Assembly: GCA_905250055.1 (NCBI GenBank)
Contig: CAJNOF010000358.1
Location: 74,575 to 88,960, forward strand
Direction: 5' to 3'
Source of the DNA: Rotaria sp.
Lineage: Eukaryota
Length of the DNA stretch: 14,386 nt
The position numbers and the translations under genes are program-made. Positions 1-10,012 of the stretch are shown piece after piece (the stretch's first letter is position 1; each line of letters begins with the position of its first letter). Below the pieces are notes generated by a model, which was not told where the DNA came from, searched no databases, and saw only the letters and a program-made list of their open reading frames with translations.

Positions 1-69
1 TTCGCAGGGGATTCCAACCCGTCTCGCATCATACACGCTATTTTAGCCATTCAGCTATATGCGAATCAC
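1..69 (-). other. tRNA-like / tRNA-derived sequence (degenerate tRNA gene or SINE head), cut by the window edge
   Basis: Minus strand reads gattcgcatatagctgaatggctaaaatagcgtgtatgatgcgagacgggttggaatcccctgcgaa. It has an A-box-like TAGCTGAATGG, a B-box-like GGTTGGAATCC (one mismatch to GGTTCGANTCC), and 5' ATTCGCA complementary to 3' TGCGAA(t). The T-stem and anticodon arm are imperfect. Confidence 0.35.
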
Positions 70-1728
70 TTCTATTTTTTCTTTCCTGCGTATCGTTCTT
101 CATATTTTTTATTAATATATTTCGTATAATTACAGATTGGCTGTTGCATGCATCTCGATACAAATATCGTTGTAGCAAAAATATATAAGCTCATCTTTAA
201 ACGGTATCAAACGCAGGCATTTTAGTTGATTCCAACTATTCAATAAGAGAAAAGACGAAGCTTAGAGTTTATTATTTATACTATCATATTTCAACGTATA
301 ATAAGAAATGAATGGTTTATTCTTCGTTGTGAAACGAAATAATTTGATCCGCTTCATGCTGAATTGAAGAAATAACTGTAAATCTAATACGATATTTAGA
401 AAAATAAACCGCAGATAAAAAGCTCGTTAGAATTTCAATATCATAAAATAAAACAGTAGTAAAATAGTTTCTGATTAAAACTTAATTTGTGCTACAATAA
501 TCAAACGGACATATAGTAGTAATTGATTTTTGGTGATTCGTCAATTGAAAGCAATTCCAAATCAAACGAAGCAAGATATTAAATTATGTAGCACTTGAAA
601 ACGTCTTATAAACACAATTACTTTACTTTTATAAAGTATAAATTTAATATAAAGTATCTACTGTACTGCACATATTCCGAAAAAAGAATCACTAATCAAT
701 GGACATAGATGACTTTCAAAAATTCTTGAGTAACGTATCATATGCATTTTTCAATGCTGAAAAATAAATCTAAATTGAATTTCTAGTTGGAACAAAATTT
801 TAGAGTTGACATATACATGAAGGATATAGAGAAATAATGAAAAATATGATTATTTGGATGTTAGTAGAATATCTTCTGTGGCTTAAATGAAGACCGGCTG
901 CTATTTAGATTTCAATCATTTTATATTCATTCGATAGCTCTTTCTTTGTTCTATCCAAATCCGTCAAGAAATCTCTGGGCCCGTTAGAATTAGCGGAGAA
1001 ATAGAGCTTGCAATAAAAAAAGAGAACAAAACAAAAATACGAAAAAAGCAGTAGGGTCTATCAAATTTTGAAGCTGGTGTAACTATTTAATGGAGGTTGA
1101 AGAAAAATTGACATCTGTAGTTTTGTAGAGAGAACTTCGCTCTGTCAAATGGTATATTACTCGGCAAGATTATGATAATCTACTGTGGAGAAAATGATCA
1201 AATATTGACTTACCAAATTTTGCAAAAAAAACATTTTTTTTTTTCTAAACCAGCTGAGGGTGCATTCAGTGTGTAATTCATAACTTTTTAGGGGTAAGAT
1301 AGAATGAGCTAAAATTTTGGATTTATAGGTTTCTCACTTTCCTCTTTCATTTCCAATAATAAAATATAGGGGTCAAAATTTTCGAGAGTATGGCTATGTT
1401 CGAGTTTCTCATGGACCGTCTCTTAAATAGCTATATGTTTAATTAAAAAGTATCTCTTTTGAGAAGCTACGGTTTCTGTCATTCTATTTATATGTAGTAT
1501 ATCTTCTGATTACTTGAATAATGAAATTTCTGTTGCAAATTTCAACATTTTTGTCTTTTAGTGACAAGAAAATCATAGATATAATTAAAGCCCAATAAAT
1601 ATTTTACAAGAAAAATCATGCTACTAGATGTATTTATTGGAGATAATATGAATAGTATAAATGTATATATGTTTAAAAAGGTAGGTTATAATATACCATG
1701 ATATAGGATTTCATTATGTCGGTTTCTT

Positions 1729-3174
1729 TTAGATATGGTGCAAATCAATAATGGTTGATTTTTCTGGGATTGTAAATTTTAAAAATTCGTCTACTGAATC
1801 AGCCATGTTTTTCAGCCAAGGTAAACGATATGTCATATCCAATGCTCTTTTTCCAGTGACGATGGATGTAAACGAATGATCGCGATAAGTGAAAATATTT
1901 TCTTTTTTATGTTGAATCAATTCTTCTACACCGGATATGATTTTGTTTACATCAAATTGAGGCGGTGTATGACATTGTTTCAGTAAATCACGCATATAAT
2001 CGATTTGATAATAAAACTCGCTTTTTCCATCACCAGATGGAAGACTTTTTTCACGTTCTATCCATTGATTAATATCTTGTTCTCGTAATCTAAGGTCAGG
2101 TAATGCAATTCGATCAAGAATAATATCGCGTACAAACGAAGCTTGAACATCAAACATTGTAAATTGAAAAACTAGACTTTGCATACCTAAATAAGCCAGA
2201 TTAGGTTGTTTTGACCAAATAATACCTTTGTAGAGATTTGGTGGAGAAAGAACTTTTGTTGGGCAATCCAAACGAAGATGTTCAGCCATAAATGGATAAT
2301 AATGTCGATATCCTGTACATAAGATAATACTATCAATTTCACTTTCACTTTTTGTTCCATCTTGAAAATATGCCCATCGATTTTCCAGACATACTAATAA
2401 TGGAACTTCTTTGATCTTCGCATACGGCCATGCATGCCCTAATGGTCGTGTACGATAACTAATTGTTATTGCACGTACACCAAATTTACACAATTGTAAA
2501 GCAATGTCTTCAGCTGAGTAACTACTACCGATAATCAGCACGTGCTGATTTACAAATTTCGAAGCATCATGAACATATTTCGCATGAACAACACGACCAG
2601 AAAATTGTTCTATTCCATCAAATTGAGGAATATTTGGTGTTGCATAGCGACCTGGAGCAACAATAACATAATCAAATATTAACTGTTCTATGATATTTGT
2701 TTGTAAATCTTCGACAGTAACTTTAAATATGTCCTGTTCGGTATCAACATTGTGAACAATATTTTGAAATCGAATAAATTTTCTTATATCATTTTGTTTG
2801 GCTCGACCAATGAGATAGTCGTAAACGACTGAGCGTGGCTGATACGATGGGGTAGAATAACCGAAATGATCGTCAAATGTGTAGTCCACATATTCAACTA
2901 ATTCTTTAGGACCATTAGACCAAAGTCTTCACAAAAGAAAATAGAAAACTTAATCAATAGAAACGAATACAAAAATGACTTACTGCCGATACATGCTACT
3001 ATGAATATACTCTTTAGAAGAATCAGTTTCGCTTTCATACGGGTATAACCATTGACCTCCCCATTCGAATTGACGCTCAAAACAGACAAGCTCCACATCG
3101 TCATCTTTCAAAGCAATTAATTGAGATAGACCACATGGACCCGCACCAATAATAGCAATACGTTTTTTCGTCAT
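1729..3174 (-). CDS. tmm: Flavin-containing monooxygenase of the bacterial trimethylamine monooxygenase (Tmm) type; two exons (3174-2984 and 2926-1729), about 462 aa
   Basis: Spliced protein MTKKRIAIIGAGPCGLSQL...ERQFEWGGQWLYPY...[28 protein letters not shown]...YVIVAPGRYATPNIPQFDGIEQFSGRVVHAKYVHDA...[15 protein letters not shown]...IILCTGYRHYYPF...LYKGIIW...YLGMQ...RDHSFTSIVTG. FAD (GxGPxG) and NADPH ([10 protein letters not shown]) motifs are present. Removing the 57-nt GT-AG intron restores the conserved LWSNGPKE segment. Exon lengths 191+1198 nt give an intact frame. Confidence 0.9.
2927..2983 (-). other. Spliceosomal intron (57 nt) in the Tmm-like gene
   Basis: Minus strand donor CA|GTAAGTCATT, acceptor TTTTGTGAAG|ACTTTGG. 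Splicing yields ...[12 protein letters not shown].... Confidence 0.85.
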
Positions 3175-5204
3175 TTTATAATCTGATAAAATGCAACTTA
3201 TGCCGAATCGATTGATAACGAGAAACTAAAACAATTGAGCATTGTACTCCAGAAGCAAAATGATTCAATTTTCTACTTACATGGTTTCAATATTTCGAAT
3301 AATACGACTCCTTTCTCGTATACCACTTATATAGAGGATTATCTTCACTTGACAGAGAATTTTCCATAAATCTCATATGGATTTTTCCAAATGATACCAT
3401 TATCTAAACAAATTGAGTATCTGTTTCAGAAGAAGCTTACTATATCATAGTAATAGATGTTCTTCAGAAACATTGGTGGAAAAAGAACTAACAATGAATT
3501 ATTGATAATAAAGAGTCTCAAAGAAAAGTATTTTCCCACAACATGTATACTCTCTTCTGATAGATGATGAAGAAACAATGGGAAAATACCATAGACAAGA
3601 ACGCAAAAGAATATGAAGATAATTGACATATTAACAGAATATGTTACAGAAGCCAACGGTAACATTATAGAGGTCGCTCTCAGTGATATCATTTCTTATA
3701 TCAAACAGGCAAAACAGATGCAATTGAAAAATCACGAAAACTCGTTTTACGATGTTACAATACACTTGCTTCTCAACAAGAGCTATCTGTAGTTAAAGTT
3801 GCTTCATATCTCATGAATTGGGATGATCATTACATAACACATAAGTTTCAAGGTCTTTATTTAATTCAGACCGAACGGTATTTACAAACACAATTGAATG
3901 AAATACACTCCAAACAAAAACCCAAAGGTTCAATGCAAGGTCAGTATGCTTTTTCATTGAATGCGTTCGTAGAAATTATAATAAAAGGACTAATGATAAA
4001 ACAGGATGAAAAGAGGAAGAAAGACGTGAGAGGAACTTATCTCTGAAAATTAAGTTAATGATTGTTTTATTCATCGAAAATATACTTTGCTATTGTTAGA
4101 CCTGTAATAGTGGTATTCATTACATATATATCTTTTTTTTCCTGAAGATGTCATACAGAGAACCAGTACGATATTTTTTTCTCTTCTCTCATCTTTGTGT
4201 CATCGAGATGTTCTATTTGATGTTACAAAATCTTAAACTGTACAATAGAAAAATATTCTAACCGTTATTTCTACTACACGTATGAATGAGAAACAGTGAA
4301 GATTGCTTGAGATGAAATCTTATAATTAAATAATAACCAATACATATTGTCTTTTTTTATTCAGATGTAATTGACGATGATGTATATGATGGTGAAGCTA
4401 TTGATGATGAAAACAATGACGAAGAACATTTTCAAATTCAATCAACTGAAAACGATAAAAAATATGTACTCATTAATACAAGAATTGATTACCAATATCG
4501 CTCTGATATTCTCAATGATATGTGTTTATACGACTTTGTCAGCACGCTATATAAGAAAAATATGAACACAACAGATTTGAAATATTTATCTGAAGCTGCA
4601 GCATCGATGAAAGACAAAATTAATGAAAAAGTTCGACCACATAATGAACGTTATCCTTTTCAAAAGCAGCATCCACAAACAACAACACATCTCTTGATGA
4701 AATACAGTGAGCGCCATGTACCTATTCTTTATGGCCCACAAATTCCTCAACAAGATCGTGATGATACTCGAGAACGATACAGTCGAGCTATTCTCACACT
4801 TTTCGTACCTTGGCGCACTGTTATTGATCTTTTTAGCGCCAATCAAACATGGGAAGATGCTTTTAAATCTCGACAAATTCGTATTTCTATTCATTCATGG
4901 AAGATCATAGAAAATATTCAACTTTTACATGAATGTAAAAAGGATCGCGATGAACATTTACTTCAAGTTATTACTGAAGCTCAAACACATAATGATACAA
5001 TCAATCCCGTTCTTTTGCCTGAAAACCAACACATTGATGGCGAATATGATATGGACGATAGTGAAGACTTATTAGAATTAATAGGCAATATAGATGAATA
5101 CACAACTGCAGTGATTAATGCCACAAAAAGATCAACAGAAGATAAATATATTGAAGAAACTATTGAAGCAGTCGAAAATGTTGGACGATTTAGTTATATA
5201 AATA

Positions 5205-5269
5205 GTAAGTAATGTTTTAAGATAATTAGTTAGTTTAAGTTGAAAATAAATATGTAAAATTTTTTATAG
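5205..5269 (+). other. Probable intron (65 nt) in the Helitron ORF
   Basis: Donor ATA|GTAAGTAATG, acceptor TTTTTTATAG|TTCATTGC. Splicing keeps the frame (...RFSYINIHCQSSLNEFIDTANQQLVP...). Confidence 0.65.
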
Positions 5270-5677
5270 TTCATTGCCAATCTTCTTTAAATGAATTTAT
5301 CGATACTGCGAATCAACAACTTGTACCGTTCGTTTCTGTAACACCAAATCTTGTTCGTCTAAACATAAAATGGTAAGAACAGCTGAAAGCTGAGAAAGAA
5401 CGAGTTAGAAGAAGTTTAATTACAGGCAACTATGACACAGCAGATGATACAATAGATTTACATACTGCAAAAGATGCTATTGTTACAGTGGTGAATCCAA
5501 ATAAATATAATAAAAACAATTTTGAAAACTATGGCTTAATTCTTCCAGTGGTCTCAGTCACAACCAACTCTCCTACCCAAAAAAGCGTTGCAGATGAATT
5601 TACATTAAAAAGAGAACAACGAGCTGCATTCATGATAATAACAAGTTATATTGATGGAGACAGCCGATGTCGTACAG

Positions 5678-5718
5678 GTACTTTTATAAATTAATTTATT
5701 AGGAATTGAAGTATACAG
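5678..5718 (+). other. Probable short intron (41 nt) in the Helitron ORF
   Basis: CGTACAG|GTACTTTTAT...GTATACAG|TATTTTCACG. Joins DGDSRCRT to VFSRDSNGQLIMCIPGCGG in frame. Confidence 0.5.
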
Positions 5719-6245
5719 TATTTTCACGTGATAGTAATGGTCAACTTATAATGTGCATACCTGGATGTGGCGGTACAGGCAAATCACAACTTTTTCGTGC
5801 TGTTGAATATGTATTAATCGATGAAATGAGTATGGTTGGTTTAAATTTACTAGCAAAACTTAATCGAATTATTTGCTCTGCAAAACATGTTGATCCTCAA
5901 GTTCCATTTGGTGGTGTGAATGTTATCTTCTTTGGTGACTACTTCCAATATCGGCCTGTTTATAATGCACCATTGCACACCGATTTTTCATTACCATCCA
6001 AAAAGAAATCGGGTAAGCTACCCACAGAAAAAGAAATTCAACAACGTGTTGCACGTTCTTTAATTCTTCACATTAATTGTATGGTAAAACTTACTCAACA
6101 AATGCGAACAGAAGATCCACGGTACCTTCAATTACTCGAACGACTTCGTCATGGACAATGTAATTACGACGATTATGAATTATTGTTGACACGAGTTGTT
6201 GGACAATCATCAGTAGATTCTCTACGCGATGAACCTTGGAATAAA

Positions 6246-6295
6246 GTAAGTCTTCTTTTTTCGTTTTCAACAATTTTCTATTTTCATCTTTTTAG
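6246..6295 (+). other. Intron (50 nt) in the Helitron ORF
   Basis: AATAAA|GTAAGTCTTC...CTTTTTAG|GCTCCGATTC. Joins DEPWNK to APILVFRNEV in frame. Confidence 0.75.
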
Positions 6296-7451
6296 GCTCC
6301 GATTCTTGTGTTCCGAAATGAAGTACGGACACAATTGAACAACAAGGTAGCAATTCACAAGGCAGCAGAAACGAGACAAGCACCAATTATATGTGTGGCT
6401 CAAGACACTTGCAAAGGCGAACCAATTGAAGATCCAATACTCGTTAAAAAACTGCTAGAATTATCCGATAGCAAAACAGAGCATCTACCAGGTTTGCTAC
6501 CTCTAGTTCCTGGAATGCCTGTTATTTTAACACAAATCGTTGCTATTGAATTGTGTCTTATTAACGGAATGAATGGTATCTTTCGACAACTTGTCTACGA
6601 AGAAGATTCTGTGTCAACAGAAGTTCTTTCCGAGACATTTCCAAGCAACACACAATACATTCGTAAACCTTCATATGCATTAGTTGAAATTGTCAAATCG
6701 AAGTTCGAATGTAACCTTGAACAACTTCAATCAAATCTTATTCCGATACAGTTAATGGAACAAACATTTCGAATTGATATTGCCGATGTTCTACCAAAAG
6801 ATAAGAGACCAAAATCAAATCGAAAGGCATTTTATCAGTAAAGCGGCGTGCACTACCACTTGTACCTGCTTATTGTATTACGACACATAAAAGTCAAGGC
6901 CAAATTTTACATAATGTCGTAGTTGATCTGAAGCTGCCAAATGAAACCGATGACATTGCTGCAGTTTATGTACCTTGGTCACGCGTGAAACGCTTGGCTG
7001 ATTTAATTATTTTACGACATTTTGATTACAAAATTTTAACAATGAAACCAAGTAAATCTCAACTGGCCGAAATAGAAAGACTAGATAAACTATATTCAGA
7101 AACACAAAAGCGTTTTCCTGAATGGTTTTAATGTCTTCTTCATATGATATAAAACTTTGCACACGATTCTTAACATTTATAGTTTTACATATGTAGTTTA
7201 TGTTAAACTTTTTATATTTCTATTATTAATTTTTTTTTGCATGTTACATGTTTTTCTCGCACATTTTACTCACATATATTCTATTCATTTTGATAGTTCT
7301 TGTTAATGAATTTTTATGCAATAGTTTTTCTTTTCTTTATTATATAATAAAATGATATTGAGTAGCTATTTATGCTTTCCTATTCCTTCACATTCTCATC
7401 ATTACAAATGAATCGCTTAAGTCGTATATTGTTCGTAAACATAAGACTTTT

Positions 7452-7481
7452 AATATCAAGTTTCTTAATATCAAGTTTCTT
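7452..7481 (+). repeat. Two exact tandem copies of a 15-bp unit (aatatcaagtttctt)
   Basis: Direct reading: aatatcaagtttctt aatatcaagtttctt. Confidence 0.85.
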
Positions 7482-8053
7482 AATTACTGTATGAGCATAT
7501 ATTACCAAGTAAAATCAGCTTATTTCATCATGTTACTAGTGTGTAACAGTATAACATTTATTTTGCTTCCAATATTTATTAGTTAAAGTGCACTTGGATA
7601 AAAAATTGCTATTTTTTACAATCTCTTTCTGAAAAGTAAGATTTATCCTGAACTATTTTACAAAAAGTCCGATCAGTTTCTTCGACCTTTAGGATTCAAG
7701 AAATCGAGATCTGAGTCAGTTATTGTGATAAAGCTGATAGATCGATTCTTTCCATACAGCACATGCGGAATATATTTCCTTCTGATACAGTCGAGGGTCA
7801 AGTAAGTCGAACCAACGAACGTTAATTGTTTCAAACTAATGAGAAAAAAAATAGGCTGCATTCTAACTATCAAAAAATGATATTATTTTGTTATTTCTAT
7901 GAAGCACTAAAATTGAAAAAATATTATGTTTTTTGCTTTCCTTACTCTTGAGCTGAATCTGTAGCCTGACGAAAAAAGAATCGCCAAAAAAAAATATTCT
8001 TCATAGGGTTAACGGAAAAATTTCATATACTCTTAGATAAGGCAAAAAGGTCA

Positions 8054-8095
8054 AGGGCTGGGCCTCCCTAACTCGAAATCCTGGCTCCGCCACTG
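8054..8095 (-). mobile_element. Terminal-like motif of an unassigned DNA transposon/MITE (solo end or remnant)
   Basis: Minus strand from 8095 reads cagtggcggagccaggatttcgagttagggaggcccagccc, a GC-rich block in AT-rich surroundings. CAGTGGCGGAGCCAGG-like ends recur at metazoan DNA transposon termini. No matching opposite end was seen. Confidence 0.4.
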
Positions 8096-8388
8096 TTTCT
8101 AAATTATTCTTTTCAATATGTCTTCTTTTGATTTTCTTTCTTTCTACAGTTTTTCATCATCCATGTTCTTATGATTAAAATAAATACAGTGAAACACATC
8201 ATCGATTTTAATTGAGATAAAATATGATTAGAATCCTGCTCTTAAGTATCCTTGAAATTGTAGATGATAAAAGATACGTTTGGAGTTGTTAAGAACCGAG
8301 GACGAAAGAGAAGCTTGATAATTCCTTACATTCGATGCTCTAGTGGTAGTATTTAGCTCACATGAGTTTTTGAGGTAAAGTTTTGTGA

Positions 8389-8751
8389 ATGTTGGTGTCT
8401 CAAAACCCGCTCGATACGAGTTTTGAGGAAACTTTTAATCTCGCGAAAAGATTTACTGTATTATCAATTATAAATGTCATAGGTATGAGTTCGTTTATTG
8501 CTATTACGTTTTACTGTCGACTTACAACAACAGAGAATACTACTGAGAGTATTATCAATAATCTTGCGTATATGCTAGTAGTCTACCATCCAGCGATAAG
8601 AAATATACTTCATCACGATATTTCTGGAGACTCATTTTGTACTGATGTTTTTTTTTATTCAATAATAAACATATGGATTAAAACACAGAAAATATACGGA
8701 AATTTGGAAATATTTTCTCCTATTGAAAATTTTCGGACACATGTGCGATAG
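8389..8751 (+). CDS. Hypothetical 120-aa ORF with a hydrophobic segment (possible membrane-protein fragment)
   Basis: ORF MLVSQNPLDTSFEETFNLAKRFTVLSIINVIGMSSFIAITFYCRL...; no recognised family. Confidence 0.15.
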   Translation: MLVSQNPLDTSFEETFNLAKRFTVLSIINVIGMSSFIAITFYCRLTTTENTTESIINNLAYMLVVYHPAIRNILHHDISGDSFCTDVFFYSIINIWIKTQKIYGNLEIFSPIENFRTHVR

Positions 8752-8778
8752 CCAGTCCGAGGCGCGAAAACAGTCTAC

Positions 8779-9618
8779 TCAGTCAGTAACTAACACTTCT
8801 GCTTGCGTTCTTAATTCTGGCTGTTGGACAAACATATGTTCAATCATTGCGACATATTCATTTTTAACTTGCGTCAATATTTCCAAATTACATCCCGTTT
8901 CTCTCATTAGATACTGCCTCAATCTCGGATCATATTCCGCTACTTGTATTTTTGTATACAGTTCTCTGTTTTCTTTTACCAAAGCCATTGTCTGGCCAAG
9001 TTGAAACGCAGTCAGTTTTACGATCTCAGTCAAATCTTTTTCAGATTGTTTAAAATCGAGCTCGTGAAAACAAATTGGCTTAAGTGCATCAAGACGTATA
9101 TAGAGTTGGTTTGCTTTCAACGCGTTTTTAACATTATGTCGTCGTTCAGATTTTGTTAGCTGAGACAGAATAGCTCGTGTAGCACGAAAAATTTTCTTTT
9201 CAATATCACGAGCAACGAGTCGCTGGATTTCGAGTGGATGATGTTGTCTGTGTAAATGATATGTACGAAAGACACTATTATTGGTTTCATCAGGAATGCC
9301 TTTCAACACCCATGTAATTATGCCCTCTGATAGAACTGCAAGATTTACATTGATAGGTTTGTCGCTTGAGAAACAGTGTAAATCTTGAAATTCGTAAATG
9401 AACTTGTTCATCAGTTTTTGGCATTCAACATATGTGGACGGTTTTTGGTAGTCTTTGAGAAGAACTAAAGTATCAATATCGAGGCTGTTTTCGGAGCCAA
9501 AGATGTAATACGGAAGGCCGGAGCGAATGGATACGGGTTTAAAACGATCAATGTTACCTACACAAACGAGCATTTTTCTAAACTGAAGTATTTTAACAAA
9601 TTGATTTTGCTGATACAA
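8779..9618 (-). CDS. Uncharacterised intronless protein (279 aa, or 264 aa from the internal Met16) with a possible nucleotidyltransferase-fold motif
   Basis: Long ORF relative to AT-rich background; N-terminal YYIFGSENSLDIDTLVLL resembles the hG[GS]...[DE]h[DE]h NTase core. Rest of the protein not recognised. Confidence 0.6.
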   Translation of the reverse strand: MYQQNQFVKILQFRKMLVCVGNIDRFKPVSIRSGLPYYIFGSENSLDIDTLVLLKDYQKPSTYVECQKLMNKFIYEFQDLHCFSSDKPINVNLAVLSEGIITWVLKGIPDETNNSVFRTYHLHRQHHPLEIQRLVARDIEKKIFRATRAILSQLTKSERRHNVKNALKANQLYIRLDALKPICFHELDFKQSEKDLTEIVKLTAFQLGQTMALVKENRELYTKIQVAEYDPRLRQYLMRETGCNLEILTQVKNEYVAMIEHMFVQQPELRTQAEVLVTD

Positions 9619-9633
9619 AACAGATCAATAATT

Positions 9634-10012
9634 ATAGTTTCAACTAGATACTTTAGTTTCATAAATTGACTTATTGATATAACAAACGTTTCGACCTCTT
9701 CGACTGAGGCCTTTGTCAGTGGTAAGAGTTTAAAGTAAATTAACTAACAACAGTTACATTATTTTACAAATAACTTTAACATATTATCAACATTAGATGT
9801 AAGAATTGTACTTTGCCCTTACGGTGTAGTTTCTACAATTTTTGCATATAATGTTGGCAATATGTTAAAGTTACTTGTAAAAGAATGTAACTATTTTTAG
9901 TTTAATTTACTTGAAACTCTTACCACTCAGAAAGACCTCAGTCAAAGAGGTCGAAACGTTTGTTATATAAATAAGTCAATTTATGGAACTAAAGTATGTA
10001 ATTTGAACTATA
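9634..10012. mobile_element. Foldback/MITE-like element: two near-identical inverted arms (about 9634-9810 and 9834-10012) with a 23-nt centre
   Basis: Left arm ...tactttagtttcataaattgacttattgatataacaaacgtttcgacctcttcgactgaggcctttgtcagtggtaagagtttaaagtaaatt...; reverse complement of right arm ...tactttagttccataaattgacttatttatataacaaacgtttcgacctctttgactgaggtctttctgagtggtaagagtttcaagtaaatt.... Pairing extends to aacattagatgtaagaattgta / tacaatttttgcatataatgtt. Confidence 0.9.

Larger units (their letters stand above)
3688..7131 (+). pseudogene. Helitron-type transposon protein remnant: helicase half (PIF1-like) with upstream linker; Rep/HUH N-terminal domain not found
   Basis: Segments typical of Helitron helicases: KLVLRCYNTLASQQELSVVKVASYLMNWDDHYITHKFQ; DYQYRSDILNDMCLYDFV; HVPILYGPQIPQQDRDDTRERYSRAILTLFVPWRTVIDLF; DAFKSRQIRISIHSWKIIENIQLLHECKKDRDEHLLQVITEAQ; MCIPGCGGTGKSQLFRA (Walker A); VLIDEMSMVG (Walker B); GGVNVIFFGDYFQYRPV; APILVFRNEVRTQLN; PGMPVILTQI; PLVPAYCITTHKSQGQ. 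Lesions: in-frame TAA at 5374-5376, 1-nt frameshift at about 6838, short gap between Walker A and Walker B. Confidence 0.88.

Noticed and set aside
1-1700. A coding gene in the left AT-rich region
   Set aside because: No provided ORF and no recognisable protein motif there. Only the edge tRNA-like sequence was supportable.
2898-3104. Minus ORF 2898-3104 as a separate gene
   Set aside because: It overlaps exon 1 and the 57-nt intron of the Tmm-like gene in another frame.
3426-3692. Minus ORF 3426-3692 (hydrophobic 88 aa) as a membrane protein
   Set aside because: Short, AT-rich, Phe/Ile-biased translation without recognisable motifs; compatible with chance.
4586-4894. Antisense and alternate-frame ORFs inside the Helitron region (4371-4565, 4586-4894, 4707-4910, 6091-6273)
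   Set aside because: They overlap strongly recognisable Helitron coding sequence on the plus strand and have no family features.
8723-9159. Plus-strand ORFs 8723-9004 and 8944-9159
   Set aside because: They lie antisense to the longer 8779-9618 ORF and look like its complement-strand shadow.
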